The notes under the pieces are model-generated. The model ran no database searches, was not told the origin of the DNA, and worked only from the letters and a program-made list of their open reading frames with translations. The position numbers were made by a program, and so were the translations under genes. Positions 26,653 to 36,350 of a stretch of DNA of 64,000 nucleotides are shown here, piece by piece. Position 1 is the stretch's first letter. Every line of letters starts with the position of its first letter. Source of the DNA: Holophagales bacterium (GTDB lineage: Bacteria; Acidobacteriota; Thermoanaerobaculia; Multivoradales; Multivoraceae). Location of the stretch: assembly GCA_009837085.1 (NCBI GenBank), contig VXUF01000048.1:14111-78110 (forward strand), in the 5' to 3' direction.

Positions 26653-27417
26653 GTGCTGCTCGAGCTCAAGAACGTCGAGACCTACTACGGTCCGATCATG
26701 GCGATCCGCGGCGTCAGCCTGGCGGTGCCGGAAGGCCGGATCGTGGCCGTTCTGGGCGCCAACGGCGCGGGCAAGACGACCATCCTCCGTACGATCTCCG
26801 GCGTGATGGATCCCCAGAAGGGCGAGATCGTCTTTGCCGGGGAGGACATCGCGCGTCGCGATCCCGACGCCGTCATGCGCCTCGGCCTGAGCCACGTGCC
26901 GGAGGGCCGGGAGGTCTTTCCCTTCCTCTCGGTGAACGAGAACCTGCGCATGGGCGCCTACAGCCGCCGCGACCGCGCCCGCATCGCCGACGATCTCGAG
27001 CGCGTCTACGACTACTTCCCGGCGCTCGCCGATCGGGGCTCGCAACAGGCGAGCCAGCTCTCCGGCGGCGAGCAGCAGATGCTCGCCATCGGACGCGCCC
27101 TGATGGCGCATCCGAGGATGCTGCTGCTCGACGAGCCGTCGCTCGGGCTGTCTCCGATCCTGGTCCACCAGATCTTCGAGATCATCAACCGCATCAACGC
27201 GGAGCAGGGCATGACGATCCTCGTCGTCGAGCAGAATGCCCACGTCGCGCTGCGACACTCGCACTACGGCTACGTGCTCGAGAACGGAAGGGTGGTCATG
27301 GACGACACGTGCGAGAAGCTCGAGAGTTCGCCGGACATCCAGGAGTTCTATCTCGGGATGAAGGACCAGATGCCGAGAGGGGTCCGCCGGTGGAAGAAGC
27401 GGAAGACCTGGAGGTGA
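26653..27417 (+). CDS. livF: ABC transporter ATP-binding protein (LivF family)
   Basis: Walker A GANGAGKTT, signature LSGGEQQML, Walker B LLLDEPS. It carries a basic C-terminal tail RGVRRWKKRKTWR. Confidence 0.93.
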   Translation: MLLELKNVETYYGPIMAIRGVSLAVPEGRIVAVLGANGAGKTTILRTISGVMDPQKGEIVFAGEDIARRDPDAVMRLGLSHVPEGREVFPFLSVNENLRMGAYSRRDRARIADDLERVYDYFPALADRGSQQASQLSGGEQQMLAIGRALMAHPRMLLLDEPSLGLSPILVHQIFEIINRINAEQGMTILVVEQNAHVALRHSHYGYVLENGRVVMDDTCEKLESSPDIQEFYLGMKDQMPRGVRRWKKRKTWR

Positions 27418-27419
27418 GG

Positions 27420-29315
27420 ATGGGCGGCCCCGAATCGAACCCCGATCTCGTGCGTGAGACGCGCACGGCCGACGACGGCCGCGAGCTCGTGTTCTGGCGC
27501 GACACCAGCTTCGCCGGCACCGTGCCGACAATGTTCTGGAGCCGCGTCGAGAAGTACGGCGACCGCATCGCGATGCGGGAGAAGGACTTCGGCATTTGGC
27601 AGGACGTCTCCTGGCGCACCTTCGGCGAGAAGGCGCGCCACACGGGGCTGGCGCTGCGGTCGCTCGGCTTCGGCAAGGGCGACGTCGCCTGCATCCTCTC
27701 CAACACGATCACCGAGTGGATGTTCGCCGACATGGGGGTGCTCGGCGCCGGCGGCGTGTGCGCCGGGATCTACCCGACGGACGCGGCCGAGCAGGTGGAC
27801 TACCTGGTCAACGACTCGGGCTGCAAGGTGATGTTCGTCGAAGACGAGGAGCAGCTCGACAAGGTGCTCGAGGTGCGCGAGAAGTGCCCGACGCTCGAGC
27901 AGATCGTCATCTTCGACATGGAGGGCCTGCGGGACTTCGAAGATTCGCGGGCCATGAGCTACGACGACCTGCTCGCGCTCGGCCGCGAACAGGACGAGCT
28001 CCACCCCGAGGCCTGGGCCGAGTGCCTCGAGCTGGCGAGGCCCGAGGACCTCGCGATCCTCGTCTACACCTCCGGCACCACCGGGCCTCCGAAGGGGGCG
28101 ATGATCAGCCACCACAACCTCGTGTTCCAGTGCGTCAACGCCCCGCACGTCCTCTCGCAGAACGAGGACGACGAGCGCATGGCCTTCCTGCCGTTGTGCC
28201 ACATCGCCGAGCGGATCTTCGTCTACGGTTCGCTCTACACCGGCACGAAGCTGAACTTCGTCGAGAACCCGGAGACGGTGCCCGAGAACGCTCAGGAGAT
28301 CCAGCCGACGCTGTTCTTCTCGGTGCCGCGCGTGTGGGAGAAGTTCTACTCGGCCATCAGCATCGCCCTCTCCGACGCCACCTCCTTGCAAAAATGGGCC
28401 TACGAAAAGGCGATCGGGATCGGGTTCAAGCGAGCGGACAAACGCCTCGCGGGCGAGAAGCCGGGGGCGGTCCTGGAGCTCGCCTACCGCGTCGGCGATG
28501 CGCTCGTGCTGCGCAACATTCGCAGGTTCCTGGGCCTCGACCGCTGTCGCTGGATCGGCACCGGGGCCGCGCCGATCTCACCCGATCTGATCCGCTGGTA
28601 TCTCGCACTCGGCATCGACATGGTGGAGGGCTACGGCCAGACCGAGAACACCGGCATCGCCTCCATCCTGGAGCCGGGCGAGATCAGGCCCGGCACCGTC
28701 GGCCGTTCCGTTCCCTACGGCGAAATCAGGATCTCCGATGAGGGCGAGATCCTGATCCGCGGAGAGTTCGTCTTCATGGGCTACCTCAACCAGCCGGAGA
28801 AGACGGCCGAGACGATTCGTGACGGGTGGCTTCACACCGGCGACGTCGGCGAGATCGACGACGACGGCTTCCTCAAGATCACCGACCGCATGAAGGACAT
28901 CATCATCACGGCCGGCGGCAAGAACATCACCCCGAGCGAGATCGAGAACCAGCTCAAGTTCTCGCCCTACATCGCCGACGCGGTGGTGATCGGCGACAAG
29001 CGCAAGTTCCTGACGTGTCTCGTGATGATCGACCACGACAACGTCGTCAAATACGCTCAGGATCATCATGTGCCCTTCACCAACTACCAGAGCCTCTGCG
29101 CGGCGGAGAAGATCGTCGAGCTGATCCAGGCTGAGGTGGAGGCCGTCAACGCGAAGTTCGCGCGCGTCGAGCAGGTGAAGAAGTTCCGCCTGATCGACCA
29201 GGAGCTGACCCCCGAGGACGACGAGCTCACGCCGACGATGAAGCTCAAGCGCAAGTTCGTGAACGAGAAGTACCGACCCCTGATCGATTCGATGTACGGA
29301 GGACAGCAAGCATGA
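27420..29315 (+). CDS. AMP-dependent long-chain acyl-CoA synthetase (FadD-like)
   Basis: 631 aa from ATG 27420 (ggaggtgagg SD). AMP-binding motif YTSGTTGPPKGA, GYGQTE, GWLHTGDVG and the C-terminal KLKRKF motif. Confidence 0.9.
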   Translation: MGGPESNPDLVRETRTADDGRELVFWRDTSFAGTVPTMFWSRVEKYGDRIAMREKDFGIWQDVSWRTFGEKARHTGLALRSLGFGKGDVACILSNTITEWMFADMGVLGAGGVCAGIYPTDAAEQVDYLVNDSGCKVMFVEDEEQLDKVLEVREKCPTLEQIVIFDMEGLRDFEDSRAMSYDDLLALGREQDELHPEAWAECLELARPEDLAILVYTSGTTGPPKGAMISHHNLVFQCVNAPHVLSQNEDDERMAFLPLCHIAERIFVYGSLYTGTKLNFVENPETVPENAQEIQPTLFFSVPRVWEKFYSAISIALSDATSLQKWAYEKAIGIGFKRADKRLAGEKPGAVLELAYRVGDALVLRNIRRFLGLDRCRWIGTGAAPISPDLIRWYLALGIDMVEGYGQTENTGIASILEPGEIRPGTVGRSVPYGEIRISDEGEILIRGEFVFMGYLNQPEKTAETIRDGWLHTGDVGEIDDDGFLKITDRMKDIIITAGGKNITPSEIENQLKFSPYIADAVVIGDKRKFLTCLVMIDHDNVVKYAQDHHVPFTNYQSLCAAEKIVELIQAEVEAVNAKFARVEQVKKFRLIDQELTPEDDELTPTMKLKRKFVNEKYRPLIDSMYGGQQA

Positions 29316-30571
29316 CCGATAGACACCTGGGACCGTCCGCAGTAGAAACTGGGTGCGCCGGCGTCCCCGCCGGCATCCGGCGCGAAGCGCCGGCTTCCGG
29401 ACCTGTCAATGCGCTGGCGGTCGCTTGCTTGTTGCTTGGCGCCGTCCTGCCGGGATGCGGGAGCTCCGATCCCGAGACCTCGGACGCGGCCGGGGAGATC
29501 GTGCTCGGCACCTACACCGACCTGTCCGGTCCGGCCGCGGCCATCGGTGTCGGCAGCATCAACGCGGCGCGAATGATCTTCGATGCCGTGAACGAGGATG
29601 GCGGCATCCACGGCCGCCAGATCCGCTTCATCGTCGAGGACAATCAGTACCAGGTGCCTCGCGCCGTTCAGGCGGCCAACAAGCTGATCCACCGCGACCG
29701 GATCTTCGCCATGGTGGGCGCCCTCGGGACGCCGATGAACAACGCCGTCATGACCAGCCAGTTCGAGGCGGGCGTTCCGAACATCTTCCCGCTCTCGGGC
29801 GCGCGTTCGATGGCGGAACCGCTGCATCGGCTGAAGTTCGCCGGTGTCTCCACCTACTACGACCAGATGCGCGCCGCCATCAAGTACTTCGTCGAGGAGA
29901 GGGGCAAGGAGCGCATCTGCACCATGACCCAGGACACCGACTACGGAACCGAGATGACCGACGCGGCGAACGATCAGCTCGGCGAGATGGGGCGGGAGGT
30001 CATCGACTCGACGGCCCACAGGCCTCTCGACACCGACTTCAGCGCGGCGATCCTCAAGCTCCGGCAGGCCGACTGCGACCTGATCGTGCTCGGAACGATC
30101 ATCGGCGACACGATCCTGGCGATCTCGGCGGCACGGGGGATCGACTGGGACGTCGACTTCGTCGGCCCGATCGCGGCGTTCGAGTCCGAGGTCGCGGAGG
30201 CGGAGGGCGGTGTGACCAACGGCTTCTTCGCGATGACGTCGTTCGAGTTCCCCTACGCCGATCATCCCAGCCAGGAGGTCCGCGACTTCCTCGCCGGCTA
30301 CGAGGAACGCTACGGCCAGGAGCCCAACACCGGCTCGCTCCTGGGCTGGTTGGTCGCCGACTTCACGGTCAGGGCTCTACGCGACGCCGGGCCGGATCTC
30401 ACGGTCGATTCGCTGGTCGCCGCGATCGAGTCGATCGACGACTACCAGGACATCTTCGGCGGCCCGGTCCTGAGCTTCGGGCCGGAGAAGCGGATCGGCA
30501 CGGACGAGTCGTTCCTCGCCGAGGTACAGGACGGACGCTGGGTACGCGTGACCGAGAACCTGTCCTACTGA
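29312..30571 (+). CDS. ABC transporter substrate-binding protein (Leu/Ile/Val-binding, Peripla_BP_6-like), lipoprotein-like
   Basis: 419 aa. ATG 29312 overlaps the upstream stop (ATGA). The h-region is LAVACLLLGAVLPGC. No alternative in-frame start lies after repeat R6, so the repeat is translated in the n-region. Confidence 0.85.
   Translation: MTDRHLGPSAVETGCAGVPAGIRREAPASGPVNALAVACLLLGAVLPGCGSSDPETSDAAGEIVLGTYTDLSGPAAAIGVGSINAARMIFDAVNEDGGIHGRQIRFIVEDNQYQVPRAVQAANKLIHRDRIFAMVGALGTPMNNAVMTSQFEAGVPNIFPLSGARSMAEPLHRLKFAGVSTYYDQMRAAIKYFVEERGKERICTMTQDTDYGTEMTDAANDQLGEMGREVIDSTAHRPLDTDFSAAILKLRQADCDLIVLGTIIGDTILAISAARGIDWDVDFVGPIAAFESEVAEAEGGVTNGFFAMTSFEFPYADHPSQEVRDFLAGYEERYGQEPNTGSLLGWLVADFTVRALRDAGPDLTVDSLVAAIESIDDYQDIFGGPVLSFGPEKRIGTDESFLAEVQDGRWVRVTENLSY
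29348..29400 (+). repeat. Hairpin repeat copy R6 (short form) inside the 5' coding region of the SBP gene
   Basis: aactgggtgcgccggcgtccccgccggcatccggcgcgaagcgccggcttccgg, translated as TGCAGVPAGIRREAPASG. Confidence 0.85.
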
Positions 30572-30613
30572 CGCGGGCCTCGATCGCCCACGGACGTCTC
30601 CCGGCCTGCTCGG

Positions 30614-31909
30614 CTACTCGCCGCCGGCGGTGGTCTCAGTCGCTCGACCGCGTCCCTGCCGCGTGGGCGGCTCCCCGTCGCTGTAGACGCAGGAGATGAA
30701 GCCCATCAGCATCTCGTCGGTTGACATGGGGCCGAAGACGACGTCGCGGTCCGGGTTGAAGCCCCAGCGTTCCGCCTCCTCCGGCGAGTTGTCGAACCAC
30801 ATGTCGATCCGCAGGCGGCTGCCCTTGGGTAGCACCTTGGGCTCGGAGTACCAGTAGATCTCCTGCCAGTCGAAATCCCAGTCGGGTACATGGAGGATCT
30901 GCTCCTCGCTGCCGTCGGGATAGAAGACGGTGTACTTCGCCTCGCGGCCGCGCATGTGCATGTGGGGGAGCATGCCGAGGATCGTCACTTCCTGTTCGAA
31001 GGTGCGCTCGGCGGTGTCGTGCCAGTAGGCGTGGCGGGCCGGAATCTCGAACTCGTAGTTGCTGATCGGGAAGAAGTGGACCGGGTGTGTGACCGGCCTG
31101 GTCGCGAACTTGAGCGCGATCGATGACTGGTCCCAGCCGCCGCTGCCGGGGCCCGGCTCCTTGTGGTAATGCAGGTCGAAGGTGAGCGTGGCGCCGACCT
31201 CGAGCAGTGAGCCGTAGCCCTCGGGCCAGACATGGGGAGGCGACCCGGAGGTGGCGCCGCCGAGGAAGTGGCCGTCGCCGCGGGTCTCTTCGTCGTTCGG
31301 CCCCTTGACGAAGATGTTGAAGTGGTGGACTAGTTCGCTGCCGCGGCGGAACTCGATCTCCTGCACCCACTTGTCCTCGGGCAGGAGGTCCGGCGTCAGG
31401 ACCAGACGGTGCTTGGTGTAGATGTCCTTGATGTCGTCCTCGACGTAGTAGGGCTCGGGCATCTTGAGCACCAGGTCGGGGTCGGTGAACACCCAGCCGT
31501 CGTCGTCGGGCCACTGGATCGGTGCCGGACCGTCTTCCGGCCGGCCCGGTTGCGCGCCCGCCTCGACCCAGCGCCTGATCGTCGCGATCTCCCCGTCGGT
31601 CAGGCCGCGCTCGTTCCTGAACACGCCGTCGAAGTGCTCGGAGGCGTCCCAGGGCGGCATCTCCTTGGAGGCCGTCATGCGGACGATGGCGCGCGCCCAG
31701 GGCCGGGCTTCCTCGTAGGTCGTGAGCGACATCGGCACGCCGCCCCGGTAGATCTTGCTGCCCGAGGGCCGGTGACACTCCTGGCAGTTCTGCTGCAGGA
31801 TGGGCAAGACATCCTCGTAGAATGTCGGCCCTTCCGCCTCAGCGGCGCCGTGGGCGGCCGCGGCAAAGACCAGGCAGAGCGCAAAACCAACCAGGCGTCG
31901 ACTCGTCAT
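30614..31909 (-). CDS. Monoheme cytochrome c fused to a copper type II ascorbate-dependent-monooxygenase-like (PHM/DBH-like) domain, exported
   Basis: 431 aa. Signal peptide, then CQECH (31772-31786). LVHHFNIF and LHYH resemble CuH-site histidines. LPHMHMRG resembles the HxH of the CuM site, and STDEMLMGF resembles the CuM Met context. Confidence 0.7.
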   Translation of the reverse strand: MTSRRLVGFALCLVFAAAAHGAAEAEGPTFYEDVLPILQQNCQECHRPSGSKIYRGGVPMSLTTYEEARPWARAIVRMTASKEMPPWDASEHFDGVFRNERGLTDGEIATIRRWVEAGAQPGRPEDGPAPIQWPDDDGWVFTDPDLVLKMPEPYYVEDDIKDIYTKHRLVLTPDLLPEDKWVQEIEFRRGSELVHHFNIFVKGPNDEETRGDGHFLGGATSGSPPHVWPEGYGSLLEVGATLTFDLHYHKEPGPGSGGWDQSSIALKFATRPVTHPVHFFPISNYEFEIPARHAYWHDTAERTFEQEVTILGMLPHMHMRGREAKYTVFYPDGSEEQILHVPDWDFDWQEIYWYSEPKVLPKGSRLRIDMWFDNSPEEAERWGFNPDRDVVFGPMSTDEMLMGFISCVYSDGEPPTRQGRGRATETTAGGE

Positions 31910-31940
31910 CGCTACCCTCCTGCAGAACCGGTTCGGATCC

Positions 31941-34562
31941 GTGCGAGCTTACCGCAGCCGTTGGGCCCGTGGAGCTGCCGCACTGGCCCTCATCGTCGGT
32001 CTGGCAGGCGGTCGCACACTGGGTGCGCCGGCGTCCTCGCCGGCTGCCGCCGCAGGCGGCCAGGTAAACGCGCCGGCCGCAAGGCCGGCGACCGCTGCCG
32101 ACAGCGCCCAGGAGGCCGCCGGGCCGGACGCGGACGACTACCAGGCCGCCGCCGCACTGGTCGAAGGCAACCTGCTGGCCCTGCTGCGCAACGCGGACGT
32201 CACCCCGCACTGGCTCGCTGCCGACCTGGGCACGCCAGGCTTCTGGTACGGCCGCGACGGCGACTCCGGCCCGGAGCTCGCGATCTTCGACCTGGAGACG
32301 CAATCGCGCCGGCCCGCCTTCGACCATGCCCGGATGGCTGCCGCGATCTTCGAGGCGCTGACCGCCGCTGACGCGCCGACCGGGGAGCGAGACAAGGCGA
32401 GCCTCGAAGGGCTCCTGGGCCTCTCGCTCTCGAGTGATCTGGCAACGCTGACCGCCCGCCACGGCGCCCATCGCGTCACCTGCTCGGTGGCCGATTTCGG
32501 CTGCGCCGCGGCGGCGATCACGCCGCCCGAGCCCGGCCTGCTGCCGTCGCCGGACGGCGCCCGCGCGGCCTTCACACGCGACGACAACCTGTTCTGGCGC
32601 GATCTCAAGAACGGCTTGGAGGCTGGCCTCACGCACGACGGCAAGCCGTACTTCTCCTACGGCAAGTGGCCCGATTCCTCGCTGCTGACGGTGGTCGCGA
32701 GGAAGACGGGATTACGGCAGCCGCCGTACCTGTCGAGCTGGTCGCCGGATAGCCGCTACCTGCTCGCGCCGCGCATCGACGAGCGGCTGCTCGAGGCGGT
32801 GCCCTTCGTCGAGTGGGTGCCGACCGACGGCAGCCGTCGGCCGGTCGTGCACCTGCTGCGCGAGCCGGTCGCGGGCGACGAGGACGAGATGGGCGTCGGC
32901 TGGTTCCTGTTCGACACGGAGGAGGGCGGACGGGTCCAGGTCGAGCTCGATGGCGCTTCGCTCCCTGAAGGGATCGACACCCCTGGGCTCGGCGGCGGCG
33001 TCATCGGCTGGGACCTGGAGCGGAACCGTCTCTACATGCTGGGGTCCGCCTACGCCGGCAAGAGCGCCGCCCTGGTCGCCGTCGACGTCGAGTCGGGCAA
33101 GGCCACGCCGGTGGTGTGGGAGACGAACGAAACGCGGGTCGAGGCGAACACGCACATGTACAACCGGCCCAACGTCCGCCTGGTGCGCGGCCCGAACGAC
33201 GAACGGCGGGTGCTCTGGTACTCGGACCGCACCGGCTGGGGGCACCTCTACCTGTACGAGCTGGCCGGCGACGACACGGCCGATCTCGTAGGCACGGTGA
33301 CCGCGGGCGACTGGACGGTGCTCGACATCATCCACGTCGACGAGGGCGGCCAGCAGGTTTACTTCACGGGCGGCGGCCGCGAGCCCGGCGATCCGTACCT
33401 GCGCCATCTCTACCGCGCGTCGTTCGATTCCGGCTCGCTCGGTGGCGGCGAGGTCACGCTGCTGACCGCGAACGAGGCCGACCACCACTTCGAGCCGGCG
33501 CCGGTGCCGATGATGCAGGTCCTGTTCGGCCTCGCTCCGCCGCCGCCGCGGATCCGGCCCGATCTCGGGGTCTTCCTCGACACGTACTCGACCGTCGACC
33601 GGCCGCCGGTCACCGTGCTGCGTTCGACCAAGGACGGCAAGGTGCTCGCCGAGATCGAGCAGGCGGACGCTTCCAGGCTGTTCGAGGCGGGGTTCGTGCC
33701 GCCCGAGCGCCGCGCCTTCGTCGCCGCCGACGGCGAGACGGAGGTGTACTCGGTCTACTTCGCGCCGCAGCGCGAGGTCGATGGCCACCGTCACCCGGTG
33801 ATCGACGCGGTCTACGGAGGCCCCCAGGTGTTCGTGGCGCCGCGGAACTTCGTGCAGGCCGTGGGCGCGCGCAACCCGGCGGCAGAGCCGGCGCTGGCCC
33901 GCCTCGGCTTCGCGGTCGTCGTCACGGACGGCCGCGGCACGCCGGGCCGCTCGAGCGCGTTCCGCGACGCGGGCTACCCGGAGTTCACGCAGGTCGGCGT
34001 CGACGATCACGTGGCGGTCATCCGCCAGTGGGCGGAGCTCAAGCCCGAGATGGACCCGGAGCGGGTCGGCATCTACGGCTGGTCCTGGGGCGGGACGTTC
34101 ACCGCCCAGGCGATCCTCAGCCGGCCGGACTTCTACGACGTGGCCGTCTCCGGCGCCGGCGTCTACGACTACGCCGCGATCTACCCCGGCTTCGAGGCGT
34201 TCACAGGCCCGGCGGTCTACTCCGACGGCGGCAGGACCCGGACCCGCCCCGACGAGGCACCGAAGAGCTGGGAACCGCTCGACATCACCGCAATGGCCGG
34301 GAACCTCGAGGGGCGACTTCTCATCGTCTACGGCGACATGGACGAGAACGTGCCGCCGGCCCAGGCCTTCCGGCTCGTCGACGCGCTGATCCAGGCGAAC
34401 AAGCCCTACGACCTGCTCTACCTTCCGAACCGCAATCACGGCGGCGGCGCCGAGCCGTACGCCCTGCTCCGTACATGGGACTACTTCGTCGAGCACCTGC
34501 TCGGCGTCCAGCCGCCGCGCGACGTGACCTTCGAGGTCAAGCCGGCGGCGATGGTGTTCTGA
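31941..34562 (+). CDS. S9 family serine peptidase (dipeptidyl-peptidase IV / prolyl oligopeptidase-like), exported
   Basis: 873 aa. N-terminal propeller region, nucleophile GWSWGG, then DENVP and NRNHGG for Asp/His. Signal peptide MRAYRSRWARGAAALALIVGLAGG is followed by repeat-encoded TLGAPASSPAAAAGG. Confidence 0.9.
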   Translation: MRAYRSRWARGAAALALIVGLAGGRTLGAPASSPAAAAGGQVNAPAARPATAADSAQEAAGPDADDYQAAAALVEGNLLALLRNADVTPHWLAADLGTPGFWYGRDGDSGPELAIFDLETQSRRPAFDHARMAAAIFEALTAADAPTGERDKASLEGLLGLSLSSDLATLTARHGAHRVTCSVADFGCAAAAITPPEPGLLPSPDGARAAFTRDDNLFWRDLKNGLEAGLTHDGKPYFSYGKWPDSSLLTVVARKTGLRQPPYLSSWSPDSRYLLAPRIDERLLEAVPFVEWVPTDGSRRPVVHLLREPVAGDEDEMGVGWFLFDTEEGGRVQVELDGASLPEGIDTPGLGGGVIGWDLERNRLYMLGSAYAGKSAALVAVDVESGKATPVVWETNETRVEANTHMYNRPNVRLVRGPNDERRVLWYSDRTGWGHLYLYELAGDDTADLVGTVTAGDWTVLDIIHVDEGGQQVYFTGGGREPGDPYLRHLYRASFDSGSLGGGEVTLLTANEADHHFEPAPVPMMQVLFGLAPPPPRIRPDLGVFLDTYSTVDRPPVTVLRSTKDGKVLAEIEQADASRLFEAGFVPPERRAFVAADGETEVYSVYFAPQREVDGHRHPVIDAVYGGPQVFVAPRNFVQAVGARNPAAEPALARLGFAVVVTDGRGTPGRSSAFRDAGYPEFTQVGVDDHVAVIRQWAELKPEMDPERVGIYGWSWGGTFTAQAILSRPDFYDVAVSGAGVYDYAAIYPGFEAFTGPAVYSDGGRTRTRPDEAPKSWEPLDITAMAGNLEGRLLIVYGDMDENVPPAQAFRLVDALIQANKPYDLLYLPNRNHGGGAEPYALLRTWDYFVEHLLGVQPPRDVTFEVKPAAMVF
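32015..32090 (+). repeat. Hairpin repeat copy R7 (long form) inside the S9 peptidase 5' coding region
   Basis: cacactgggtgcgccggcgtcctcgccggc tgccgccgcaggcggc ... cgccggccgcaaggccggcg. Confidence 0.9.
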
Positions 34563-34568
34563 CCACGC

Positions 34569-36350
34569 GTGCAGGTCGTCGCACACTGGGTGCGCCGGCG
34601 TCCTCGCCGGCTGCCGCCGGAGGCGGCGGAAAGAACGTGCCGGCCGCAAGGCCGGCGAACGCTTTGCCTGCTCGTCGCGCTCGCCCTCGGTTGCACCTCG
34701 GCGCCCGACGGCGACGCCGACCTGATCCTCACCAACGGCCGCATCTACACCCTCGAAGCCGCGCAGGCCTGGGCCGAAGCGGTCGCGATCGCCGGCGGCG
34801 AGTTCACGTTCGTCGGCTCGACCGCGGAGGCGCTGGAACGGCGCGGCCCGAACACCGAAGTCCGCGACCTCGAAGGCCGCATGGCGATGCCGGGCATCTA
34901 CGACGCCCACGTTCATCCCGTCCTCGGCGGCACCGAGGTGCTGCTTCAGTGCCTGTTCCCGCCCACCGCGGGACCGGCGGAAATCGAGGAGACCCTGTCG
35001 GCCTGCGTCGCGGCCGATCCCGCCGCGGCCTGGATCGAGGGCGGGCGCTGGACGAGCAACTTCTTCGTCGAGCACGACATCGGCTCGCCGCGCGAGTGGC
35101 TGGACCGGTTCTCGGGCGACGTGGCGATCAGCCTGGCGGACGACACCGGCCACAACCGCTGGGTGAACAGCAAGGCCCTGGAACTGGCCGGCATCGACGC
35201 CGGCACGGTGGTCGAAGGCGGCGAGGTCGTGCTGGACGAGGCGACCGGCGAGCCGAACGGCCTGCTGCTCGAAGCGGCGATGTACCCGGTGTTCCAGGCG
35301 ATCCCCGACAAGACGGCGGAGCAGTTCCTGCGCGCCGCCCGCGAATCGATCCGGACGGCGAACCGCTTCGGCATCGTCGGCGTCAAGGAGGCGGGCGATG
35401 CGGGCACCGGCGTCGCGGCCTACAAGGCACTGGCCGACGAGGGCGCCCTGACCGTCCACATGGCGGCCTCGATCGCCATTCCGCTGGTCGCCGGCTCGCT
35501 CGATCTCGACGTCGACGCCCTGGAGCGGCTGCGCGAGGAGAACCGGGCCGCCAACCTCGACGCCGACCACGTGAAGATCTTCCTCGACGGCGTGCCGTCC
35601 GTCGCGCGGACGGCGGCGATGCTCGACGACTACGAGCCGGAAGTGCCGGGCGGACCGGCTCACAACGGCGAACTGCTGGTGCCGCCGGAAGCGCTCCACG
35701 CCTGGCTCCAGCAGCTCGACGCGCTGGGCGTCACGGTGAACATCCACACGGCGGGCGACCGGGCGGTCCGGGTCGCGCTCGACGCGATCGAGTTCGCGCG
35801 CGAACAGAACGGCGACTCCGGGCTGATGCACCAGCTCGCCCATTCCGGTTTCGTGGCGGTCGACGACGTGCCGCGTTACGCCGAACTCGGCGCGGTCGCG
35901 GACATGTCGCCGGCCATCTGGTACCCGTCCCTGATCTCCGACTCCATCCGCGCCGCCATCGGCGACCGCGCCGACCGCTCCTGGCCGGTGCGGGAGTTGC
36001 TCGACGCCGGCGCGCACGTCATCGTCGGCTCGGACTGGCCGGCCGTCATCCCGGACATGAACCCCTGGCCCGGCATGGAGGCGCTGGTCACCCGCGCCGA
36101 CCCCTGGGGCGGGTATCCGGGGACGCTGGCGCCGGAGCAGGCGGTGAGTCTGGAAGAAGCGATCGAGCTCTACACGCTCGCGGGCGCCCGGCTGCTCGGC
36201 GTCGAGTCGCGGGCCGGCACGATCGCCGCCGGCAAGTCAGCCGACCTGATCGTGCTCGATCGCAACCTCTTCGAGGTGCCGATCGAGGACGTCAGCGAGA
36301 CGAGCGTCGAAATGACTGTCTACGCAGGAGGAATCGTCCATGAGAAGTAG
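34569..36350 (+). CDS. Amidohydrolase family protein (Amidohydro_3 / YtcJ-like metal-dependent hydrolase), exported
   Basis: 593 aa. PGIYDAHVHP (HxH), FLDGV, NIHTAGD, HSGF and GSDWP motifs. h-region LCLLVALALGC. The start is GTG 34569, or the in-frame GTG 34590 that lies inside repeat R8. Confidence 0.88.
   Translation: MQVVAHWVRRRPRRLPPEAAERTCRPQGRRTLCLLVALALGCTSAPDGDADLILTNGRIYTLEAAQAWAEAVAIAGGEFTFVGSTAEALERRGPNTEVRDLEGRMAMPGIYDAHVHPVLGGTEVLLQCLFPPTAGPAEIEETLSACVAADPAAAWIEGGRWTSNFFVEHDIGSPREWLDRFSGDVAISLADDTGHNRWVNSKALELAGIDAGTVVEGGEVVLDEATGEPNGLLLEAAMYPVFQAIPDKTAEQFLRAARESIRTANRFGIVGVKEAGDAGTGVAAYKALADEGALTVHMAASIAIPLVAGSLDLDVDALERLREENRAANLDADHVKIFLDGVPSVARTAAMLDDYEPEVPGGPAHNGELLVPPEALHAWLQQLDALGVTVNIHTAGDRAVRVALDAIEFAREQNGDSGLMHQLAHSGFVAVDDVPRYAELGAVADMSPAIWYPSLISDSIRAAIGDRADRSWPVRELLDAGAHVIVGSDWPAVIPDMNPWPGMEALVTRADPWGGYPGTLAPEQAVSLEEAIELYTLAGARLLGVESRAGTIAAGKSADLIVLDRNLFEVPIEDVSETSVEMTVYAGGIVHEK
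34582..34657 (+). repeat. Hairpin repeat copy R8 (long form) inside the amidohydrolase 5' coding region
   Basis: cacactgggtgcgccggcgtcctcgccggc tgccgccggaggcggc ... gccggccgcaaggccggc, translated as HWVRRRPRRLPPEAAERTCRPQGRR. Confidence 0.9.

Noticed and set aside
26653-27417. The basic C-terminal tail of LivF (RGVRRWKKRKTWR) as a functional extension or an overlapping gene signal.
   Set aside because: It is only a 13-residue tail just before the SD of the next gene. I have no evidence that it is more than a consequence of the ggaggtgagg SD region being translated, so it is not developed further.
34590-34650. Arg-rich repeat translations (RRRPRR, RLRRQ) as twin-arginine (Tat) signal motifs.
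   Set aside because: They lack the S/T-R-R-x-F-L-K consensus context. Only the serine hydrolase at 50275 has a convincing Tat-like motif (TRRDLLARSAAVAAVAAL). The idea is kept only as a speculative n-region contribution in the findings.
32712-36017. Very long alternative-frame or antisense ORFs. Examples: 32712..36017(-) 1101 aa; 33116..36343(+) 1075 aa; 59112..62771(+) 1219 aa; 7094..9124(-) 676 aa; 25867..27531(-) 554 aa; 38090..39835(-) 581 aa.
   Set aside because: These are typical shadow ORFs of high-GC DNA. Their translations are Arg/Gly/Pro/Ala/Asp-rich low-complexity strings with no recognisable motifs. In each case another frame or strand encodes a protein with multiple clear family signatures and a sensible start and SD.
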